Assembly: GCA_030835385.1 (NCBI GenBank)
Contig: JAURPI010000040.1
Location: forward strand, 78,735-142,734
Length of the DNA: 64,000 nucleotides
Origin: Alphaproteobacteria bacterium
GTDB taxonomy: Bacteria; Pseudomonadota; Alphaproteobacteria; Rhodospirillales; Rhodospirillaceae
Reading direction: 5' to 3'
Of this stretch, positions 57,386-64,000 are shown one piece after another. A program made the translations under genes and the position numbers. Within the stretch, counting starts at the first letter, position 1; the number at the start of each line of letters is the position of its first letter. Under the pieces are notes generated by a model. The model was not told where the DNA came from. It did no database searches and worked only from the letters and a program-made list of their open reading frames with translations.

Positions 57386-58141
57386 ATGGTTGATTCATTA
57401 GGCTATCGCATGAAGTTCGGCGTGATTGCTCCGTCGACCAACACCAGTGTCGAGCCTGAATACGCGTTGATGCAGCCCAAAGGCATTACCAACCACTTCT
57501 GCCGCATTGAAATACCTGACGATCCGGTGCGTTCAGACGAAGAGTTTGAACAACTGCTGGTGAATATTCGCGGCGCTACGGAAGTGGCCATGGACCGTGT
57601 AATGACCTGTTCACCGGGCTTCGTTATTATGGGTATGTCGGCTGAAACTTTTTGGGACGGGGCCGAAGGGGCTGATGAGCTTCACAAAAAAATGGAAGCA
57701 CGCGCGGGCGTCGGTGTGTCGCTCGGGTCTCATGCCTGCGAACACGCCCTAAAGGCGTACGCCGAAGAAAAGCCAATCAAGAAGTTGGGCGTTCTAACGC
57801 CATACATGCCGGCGGGTGATGCCATGGTGCGTAAGTTCTTCACTGATAATGATTACGAAGTGATGGCGCTGATCGGCTTGAAAAGTCTGAGTCCAATGCT
57901 CATTGCCCATGAGCCCCCTGAAAAATTGCGCGAAGCGATCATTGAACTCAATCAGGCTGATGTCGATTGCATCATTCAGGTCGGCACCAATCTAGCCTGC
58001 CTGGCCGTTGCTGCCGAAGCCGAGCGCTGGCTCAATAAACCGGTCATTGCGATTAACGCAGCAACCTATTGGCACTCGCTGCGCCGCAACGGTTTCGACG
58101 ATAAAATTCAAGGCTGTGGACGTCTTCTTGAAGACTGGTAA
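57386..58141 (+). CDS. Asp/Glu/hydantoin racemase superfamily protein (maleate isomerase / arylmalonate decarboxylase-like)
   Basis: KFGVIAPSTNTSVEPEY is the characteristic N-terminal motif of the maleate-isomerase-like branch. GGAGGG Shine-Dalgarno sequence. Confidence 0.75.
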   Translation: MVDSLGYRMKFGVIAPSTNTSVEPEYALMQPKGITNHFCRIEIPDDPVRSDEEFEQLLVNIRGATEVAMDRVMTCSPGFVIMGMSAETFWDGAEGADELHKKMEARAGVGVSLGSHACEHALKAYAEEKPIKKLGVLTPYMPAGDAMVRKFFTDNDYEVMALIGLKSLSPMLIAHEPPEKLREAIIELNQADVDCIIQVGTNLACLAVAAEAERWLNKPVIAINAATYWHSLRRNGFDDKIQGCGRLLEDW

Positions 58142-58175
58142 GCCGAATCTTTCAAACCCTTAGGAGTATGTTCCC

Positions 58176-59090
58176 GTGGTCATGAGTTATCCTTTTTCGG
58201 GCATCGCCCAACGCGGTCCCTTGAAGTGGCCCGACGATAAAAAAGTCGCCCTGATTCTCACGCTCAACCTTGAGCATTGGGATATGACCAAGGACACCGA
58301 CGAAGCCTACTACGCTGGTGGCCCGCCAATTTTGCCAGACGTATTGCCGGGTCGGATTCCCGATTTCCCAAATTTCACCTGGCGTGAGTATGGTCAGCGG
58401 GTTGGCATATGGCGGTTGTTCGATATCTTCCGTAAAGCGGGTGTGGCTCCCGGTTGTACCGTTAATGCCAAGACCTTGCTTGAGCGTCCTGAAATTGCCC
58501 AGGTGCCGAAGGATGAAGGTTGGGAAGTTGTCGCTCACAACTACGAGCAAGGTGAACTGCTTACTGGCCTCAAGGGTGATCTTACCGCCGAGCGCAAGAT
58601 CGTTGAAGCAACCTTGCGCGAATACGAAAAGTTTTACGGCAAGCCGGCTAAGGGCTGGTTGTCGTCGTCTTTGCGCGGCACGCCCAACACGCCCGAAATT
58701 TTGGCGGAGAATGGTTGTATCTTTTTCTGCGATCTGCTCAATGATGATCAGCCCTATATGCTGCAAACGGATGCGGGCCCGATTGTCTCCACGCCGTACT
58801 CAAACGAAATCAATGACTTCACCATTCTCACCCGGCGTGGCCATACCACGTCTGAGATGCGTGACATTTTGATTGAAGAACTGTCTGTATTGCATCAGGA
58901 AGCGACCGAGCAGGGGTCGGGACGGATGATGAATGTGGGTCTTCATCCGCACGTCACGGGCCGGGCGTATCGTGCGCGCGCCGTTGCTGAATTCTTGGAG
59001 TTCGCCAAAGGCCTCGAAGGTGTTTGGTTTGCCACCCGCGAAGGTATCGCCGAGTGGTATATGAATAACAACGAAGGGCACATTAAGTAA
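58176..59090 (+). CDS. Polysaccharide deacetylase family protein (PuuE-like)
   Basis: The PuuE-type pattern, as I recall it (..LNLEHW..., WREYGQRVGIWRL, GHTTSE...). GTG start 9 nt after AGGAG. Confidence 0.7.
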   Translation: MVMSYPFSGIAQRGPLKWPDDKKVALILTLNLEHWDMTKDTDEAYYAGGPPILPDVLPGRIPDFPNFTWREYGQRVGIWRLFDIFRKAGVAPGCTVNAKTLLERPEIAQVPKDEGWEVVAHNYEQGELLTGLKGDLTAERKIVEATLREYEKFYGKPAKGWLSSSLRGTPNTPEILAENGCIFFCDLLNDDQPYMLQTDAGPIVSTPYSNEINDFTILTRRGHTTSEMRDILIEELSVLHQEATEQGSGRMMNVGLHPHVTGRAYRARAVAEFLEFAKGLEGVWFATREGIAEWYMNNNEGHIK

Positions 59091-59091
59091 G

Positions 59092-59865
59092 ATGGCGACG
59101 GGGAGGGACATAATCAAAACCCTCCTCGCGTTCGCTGTCGCGTTTGCCTTCCCCGCGGTTTTATCGGCCGAAGACGAGCCGCAAGCCAACACGCGCTGGA
59201 TCAAGGGCACCTATGACTATGGCTTCTTAGAGTCGGATGTCATTCGCGGCCATGAGGATTGGATCGTCACGGCCCATCCTGATGGGTCGCGCACGGTCGA
59301 GGCGTTTGTCGATCTGCGTGAGCAGGGCCACCAGAGCAATGTAATCTTGCGTGTCGATCAGAACTTCCGGCCGCTCGACGCTTACGCCAACTTCTGGCGC
59401 TTCGGGGCTTACGGAGGGTCAGCGCGGTTCTGGATGGAGCCACAGACCGCGCCACTGGACGACATTCTCCACGGCAATATCGTTGGCCCCAAGGGAACCG
59501 CAACGCTCAGCGAACTGGTCCCCGACAAGTTTTCTCTGCGGGTACACCCTGTTATCACCGAAGGCTGGCAGGTTCAGTCTCATGATAAACGAGAGCCGGG
59601 CGCGCAGACGCACGCACTCTACAACATGGTAACCACCAGCGGAGAGGGCATCCGCGGTATCGGCCAAATGGTTGATAATGAGATCATCTATCATGGGCGC
59701 GAGACCGTGACTGTTCCGGCTGGCACCTTTGAAGCTGACCACTACACCTTCTACTTCGGGCGCTATGATATTTGGTTGTGGAGCGAAGATCAGATTCTGG
59801 TGCGGTATGTGGCTGAGGCCAATGGGCGCGAGTATCGTTTGACCAAGTTGGAAGTCGGTCCTTAG
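59092..59865 (+). CDS. Hypothetical secreted protein
   Basis: 257-aa ORF with signal peptide TLLAFAVAFAFPAVLSA. It starts 1 nt after the upstream stop. I recognise no family. Confidence 0.65.
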   Translation: MATGRDIIKTLLAFAVAFAFPAVLSAEDEPQANTRWIKGTYDYGFLESDVIRGHEDWIVTAHPDGSRTVEAFVDLREQGHQSNVILRVDQNFRPLDAYANFWRFGAYGGSARFWMEPQTAPLDDILHGNIVGPKGTATLSELVPDKFSLRVHPVITEGWQVQSHDKREPGAQTHALYNMVTTSGEGIRGIGQMVDNEIIYHGRETVTVPAGTFEADHYTFYFGRYDIWLWSEDQILVRYVAEANGREYRLTKLEVGP

Positions 59866-60113
59866 CCGTCAGTCTCATAAAAGTGATCACGCTCCATGCA
59901 CAAGCAAGGTAGGGTGTGTCCATGAACATGATCAGACCCGAAACTGAAGCGCTTCACTGCCTCGAAGTGCGTGGCGGCCTGCTGGCTAATCTGGGACGTC
60001 ACAGGAGAGTCCACTCTGTGGCGACCTGATCCATGCCCCGCGCCAGCATCGCACCTCTGTCCTAGAGTTGCGTCAAGAACAACTCATACCAGTCTACCTC
60101 AGGGAGCACCGCC

Positions 60114-61628
60114 ATGAATGTCATCGTCAACGATGTGGAGCCGCAAACCGCCGGCGCCCAATCTTTCCTCTCGTCTGCCGCCAAGAAAATGCTGATCAAC
60201 GGCGAGTGGGTTGATGCCGCCTCTGGTGAGCGGCTGGACTCGAAAGATCCAGCCACTGGCGCTGTTATCGGGACGATCCCTAAAGGCGCTGCGACAGATG
60301 TAGACGCAGCCGTTAAAGCAGCGCGCGACAGTTTCGAAAGCGGAGTGTGGCGCGATATGACACCCGACGACCGCAGCCAAATTCTGTGGAAAATCGGTGA
60401 GCTAATGGAAGCCAACATTGATGAGTTGGCTGAACTGGAAACTCTTGATCAAGGTAAGCCGTTGTTCGTCGGGCGCTGGGCCGAAATTCCTGGGGCGGCG
60501 CAACAGTTCCGGTACTTCTCGGGTATGACCAACAAGATCCAGGGCGAGACGATCACCCCGTCGATCAACTATCAGCCCGAAGGCAAAAAGATGTTTGCCT
60601 ACACCCAAAAGGAAGCCATTGGCGTGGTGGGCGCGATCACACCGTGGAACAGTCCCCTGGTGTTGGAAGCGATGAAGATTGCACCTTGCTTGGCAGCCGG
60701 GTGCTCAATGGTGCTCAAGCCTGCGGAAGACACATCACTCACGGCCATTCGCTTGGGAGAGTTGATCATGGAAGCGGGCGTGCCACCGGGTGTGTTTAAC
60801 ATTGTCACCGGGCTCGGGCCTGAAGCCGGTCAAGCTTTGGCTGAACATATGGACGTCGACAAGATTGCTTTTACCGGTTCTACCTCAACGGGCCGCAAGA
60901 TTATCGACGCCGCTAAGGGCAACATGAAAAAGGTGGCGCTAGAGCTGGGCGGTAAATCACCTTCCATCGTCATGGCCGATGCTGAAATGGAGATGGCCAT
61001 TCCCGGTGCGGCCAACGCCATATTCTTCAATGGCGGGCAAGTCTGTGTCGCCGGTTCGCGCCTATATGTTGAAAAGAAAGCCTTCGATAATGTCGTCGCC
61101 GGGATTGCCGACATCGCCAAAGGCATGCAGATGGGGCACGGCCTTGAGCAGACGACGCAGATTGGCCCGATGGTTAGTAAGGTCCAGGCAGATCGCGTCA
61201 AAGGTTTCATCGATGGCGGGGTATCTGCCGGAGCAGAAGTGGTCGTCGGCGGTGAGCAATTGGGCGACACCGGAACATTCATTTCACCAACCGTGATTTC
61301 CAACACCAGCCAAGACATGGACGTTGTGCAGGAAGAGATCTTCGGCCCTGTGGTGGTCGCGGCGCCCATAGACTCTATGGAAGATATTCCAGCCATGGCC
61401 AACGACAGCAAGTACGGGTTGGCAGCAAGTGTATGGACTCAGGATATCTCAAAGGCAACGCGGCTCGCCTCGGCGATCAAAGCCGGAACTGTGTGGATCA
61501 ACTGTCACTTGATGTTTGATGCCAGCCTACCCATTGGCGGCTTTAAGGAATCCGGTTGGAGCCGCGACTCAGGTATGCAGGCGGTGGAGAATTACCTCGA
61601 AACCAAAACAGTTTGTGCGGTGGTGTAA
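60114..61628 (+). CDS. NAD(P)+-dependent aldehyde dehydrogenase
   Basis: ELGGKSP (catalytic Glu) and FFNGGQVCVAGSR (catalytic Cys). Confidence 0.92.
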   Translation: MNVIVNDVEPQTAGAQSFLSSAAKKMLINGEWVDAASGERLDSKDPATGAVIGTIPKGAATDVDAAVKAARDSFESGVWRDMTPDDRSQILWKIGELMEANIDELAELETLDQGKPLFVGRWAEIPGAAQQFRYFSGMTNKIQGETITPSINYQPEGKKMFAYTQKEAIGVVGAITPWNSPLVLEAMKIAPCLAAGCSMVLKPAEDTSLTAIRLGELIMEAGVPPGVFNIVTGLGPEAGQALAEHMDVDKIAFTGSTSTGRKIIDAAKGNMKKVALELGGKSPSIVMADAEMEMAIPGAANAIFFNGGQVCVAGSRLYVEKKAFDNVVAGIADIAKGMQMGHGLEQTTQIGPMVSKVQADRVKGFIDGGVSAGAEVVVGGEQLGDTGTFISPTVISNTSQDMDVVQEEIFGPVVVAAPIDSMEDIPAMANDSKYGLAASVWTQDISKATRLASAIKAGTVWINCHLMFDASLPIGGFKESGWSRDSGMQAVENYLETKTVCAVV

Positions 61629-61847
61629 GGGGGCGGTTGCACCCCGCCACTGATTAGCAGAAACCCGGACAAGTATTCGCGAATCCGCCGGGACCCCTAT
61701 AACAGGGGCCACCAACACCGGCGTAGCAAGGTCTATCAATCCAACGGTGTCGCGCACGCTGGTAATGGCCGTAACAGGCTCCGGCGGAATCTCCGTGCAT
61801 GCTACCAAGCCTAGGGTTATTCCGACTGCTATGAGTGTCTTGCGCAT
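61569..61847 (-). CDS. Possible small lipoprotein (hypothetical)
   Basis: MRKTLIAVGITLGLVAC contains a lipobox. A GAGGGG Shine-Dalgarno sequence lies 8 nt upstream. The 3' 60 nt overlap the convergent aldehyde dehydrogenase gene, so the length is uncertain. Confidence 0.4.
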   Translation of the reverse strand: MRKTLIAVGITLGLVACTEIPPEPVTAITSVRDTVGLIDLATPVLVAPVIGVPADSRILVRVSANQWRGATAPLHHRTNCFGFEVILHRLHT

Positions 61848-61935
61848 GTCATTGTCCCCTCAATGTCTCACATCATCCTACCGTTCCTGGCCGAGTGATG
61901 TAACCTGGCTAGAGCTACAACACGGGAGACAGACG

Positions 61936-62790
61936 ATGGAACGTAGAAAAGTGCTTGGGGTTTTGGGGTTCGCGGCTGGTGGCGCCGGTTTTCCTACTAT
62001 TATTGGGTCCAAGTCCGCCGGTGCGGGTGGTTTGCTTGACCCAAGTAAGCCCGAGGACCTGTAGACCATTCATCGCAAGCTCAATTTCAGCTTTGATGAA
62101 AAACCGGTTTTTTGGTTCATCGAAGCAACCCGGTTTGGATTGAAAGACTATGAATTCACGCCCTTTTGGAAAATGCATGTGGGGATGATTTCTAAAGTCA
62201 AAGATGTAGGTGAAAGACTGTACGAGTCTTCGTTCATGAGCACGATTTTCTATTCTGATCTTGAAACCGGGAAATTGCTTGAGACTTTTCACAATCCTTA
62301 TACCGGACAGAAGCGCCCTGTGCAGCAACCTAATCTGGCTCGGATCAAGCACACACATGGCTTGACAGGAGTCGTGTCAGAGGTCCGAGCCCGCGCTGGA
62401 TCGGGAGCTGTGACGCGCAGAGACGAGATAGGTCCAGCCTGGGTGATCAATGATGACGTGTGGTGCAACGGCGATGTAGTGGTGAAAGCTGAAAAGCCCA
62501 ACGATCTCGATATGACCATCCACGTCAACGATTGGTCCACCTATCACGGCTCTATTTCCGAGGTGTCCGATCCGGATGTCTTGAGCGCATCGGCAACTCA
62601 CACGTTCAACGATATCAACACCTTTAATCATCCGTGGATCGGTATGCAGGGAGTTACTGCCAATTCCGTTTCGCGCGGGTTTGGCCGCAAAAGTCGGTCG
62701 GTGGAGGAGATACCGCCTACCTGGCGCGGTTTTATGGCAGATCAGTATCCGGAAGTATTGGCAGATATAAATGGAGCGATTGAGGGGTAG
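61936..62790 (+). pseudogene. DUF1838-like Tat-signal protein interrupted by an in-frame TAG
   Basis: MERRKVLGVLGFAAGGAGFP...DPSKPEDL, then TAG (62062-62064), then TIHRKLNFSFDEKPVFWF..., all in one frame. It aligns with the paralog 347..1222 on both sides of the stop. The downstream part corresponds to track ORF 62140..62790. Confidence 0.7.
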
Positions 62791-63055
62791 GGTTTTGCCG
62801 TAAGATTCAATGAGAGTGGATCATTGTTCAGTATCGGAGGGGCTTTAGCACCTTTTGTTCAGCCATCCTCGTTTGTGTATTTTGCAAACAATTGAATGCT
62901 CACAACAATCTTTTGAAAACCCCGTCTTGCATGGGCTCGTTCCTCGATATTTCGAGAAAACTTTTTTGTCGGTTTGCAGGTGGATCACGCTTGTGTGCGT
63001 TGCACCCTCGTCGACGTCTTGCCACACTGCCGTCCTGTTTAAGAGGATCAGCCCT

Positions 63056-63679
63056 ATGTCAGAGCATCACATCACCAGTCGTGACCAGCTGAGAACAGTA
63101 TACAAGAAACCGGGAGAAGGGGCGGTGAAGAAGGTTTTGTCTCAGCTTGATAAGCACTGCATATCCTTCATCGCCCGATGCCCCTTCTGTGTGTTGTCGA
63201 CTTCAGCAGCGGATGGGAGCCTTGATGCATCACCCAAGGGCGGCGACCCGGGGTTTTTGACCGTTCAAGATGCGTCCACAGTGCTGTTGCCAGATTGGCC
63301 CGGCAATAACCGCCTCGATAGCCTGGAGAATATTCTTGAGAATCCCCAGGTCGGCCTGATGCTGCTGGTTCCCGGAATGGATGAGACTCTCCGCATTAAC
63401 GGTAGGGCTGTGTTGTCGACTGATTCTGCTTTGCAAGAGAGCCTCGCCATCGGCGGCAAGAGCCCAATCTCAGTTATCGTGATTGCCGTCGAAGAAGCTT
63501 ATCTGCACTGCGCGCGCGCCGTATGGCGGGCTGACTTGTGGAATGCGGACAAGCATATCAATCGGCCTGACCTGCCGACTATGGGGCAAATGTTGCAAGA
63601 TCAAGTCGCTGGTTATGACGGTGCCGCCGTCGATAAAATCATCGCTGAAAATCGTAATAATCTTTACGCCTTAGATTAG
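63056..63679 (+). CDS. Pyridoxamine 5'-phosphate oxidase-family FMN-binding protein
   Basis: The pattern CPFCVLSTSAADGSLDASPKGGDPGF...PGNNRLDSLENILENPQVGLMLLVPGMDETLRINGRA matches the PPOX-class family. The start is at ATG 63056. Confidence 0.8.
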   Translation: MSEHHITSRDQLRTVYKKPGEGAVKKVLSQLDKHCISFIARCPFCVLSTSAADGSLDASPKGGDPGFLTVQDASTVLLPDWPGNNRLDSLENILENPQVGLMLLVPGMDETLRINGRAVLSTDSALQESLAIGGKSPISVIVIAVEEAYLHCARAVWRADLWNADKHINRPDLPTMGQMLQDQVAGYDGAAVDKIIAENRNNLYALD

Positions 63680-63698
63680 GCACAGAAAGTATCGGCCC

Positions 63699-64000
63699 AT
63701 GAGCGACACCAAAAACGTTGCCGTCATCATCGGAGCTGGCCCCGGACTGGGTGCCGCAGCCGCGCGCCGGTTTGCTGCGGCTGGGATGACGGCCGTACTT
63801 GTTTCGCGTAGCGCGGAGCGTCTTGCTGACCTGGCCGTAGGTATCGACGGCGCGGTTGCCTATCCCTGTGATGCGACTGACGAGGCAGCCGTCGAAAAGA
63901 TGTTTGCAGATATAGAAGCGGAGCACGGAAAGGTCGAGGTTTTGGTCTACAACCCTGGAGGAGAATTCGGGCGGACGCATATTGTTGATCAGTCCGCTGA
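63699..64000 (+). CDS. SDR family oxidoreductase, N-terminal part (3' end lies outside the window)
   Basis: MSDTKNVAVIIGAGPGLGAAAARRFAAAGMTAVLVSRS is a classical SDR TGxxxGxG-type Rossmann N-terminus. The frame is open to the window end. Confidence 0.8.
   Translation, partial: MSDTKNVAVIIGAGPGLGAAAARRFAAAGMTAVLVSRSAERLADLAVGIDGAVAYPCDATDEAAVEKMFADIEAEHGKVEVLVYNPGGEFGRTHIVDQSA

Noticed and set aside
55393-61628. Assigning the catabolic cluster to the nicotinate (nic) or picolinate (pic) degradation pathway
   Set aside because: A NicX/PicD-type ring-cleavage dioxygenase and the molybdenum hydroxylase subunits are absent. The isomerase-like protein may also lack the catalytic Cys pair. The resemblance is only partial.

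Overview
The gene content and synteny of this 64 kb chromosomal segment look alphaproteobacterial: lipB, galU-ugd-pgm, a SPOR-tagged DD-carboxypeptidase, clpS-clpA, glnB-glnA, rplM-rpsI, phnDCEE, phaC, an AlaC-like aminotransferase followed by hom-glpX-recJ, hisC, and a TonB-dependent receptor. I count about 60 apparently intact CDS and three tRNAs (Leu-GAG, His-GTG, Glu-TTC). There is no rRNA, no CRISPR array, no intact transposase or integrase, and no recognisable complete defence or toxin-antitoxin system.

Five things stand out:
1. A visibly AT-richer 2.6 kb islet sits between the convergent clpA and glnA genes. It is bounded by roughly 90 bp inverted copies of a two-hairpin terminator module. 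It carries two head-to-head tyrosine-recombinase 3' remnants, a KdoO-like dioxygenase interrupted by an in-frame TGA, and an orphan 260-aa ORF.
2. Several genes are broken by in-frame nonsense codons while the reading frame stays intact: an FbpA-like binding protein (three stops), an mgtE remnant, a YHS-domain remnant, the KdoO-like gene and a DUF1838 paralog.
3. A deletion scar fuses the 3' halves of a divergent CGNR-zinc-finger / YHS gene pair.
4. A textbook sigma-54 promoter with an upstream dyad lies in front of an orphan 133-aa gene.
5. An IclR-associated catabolic cluster of unknown substrate includes a fused double alpha/beta-hydrolase in which both nucleophile elbows lack Ser or Asp.

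None of this amounts to a demonstrably new functional system. The islet is the best candidate, but it looks decayed. Family assignments are from motif recognition and recollection of family signatures only, because no searches could be run.
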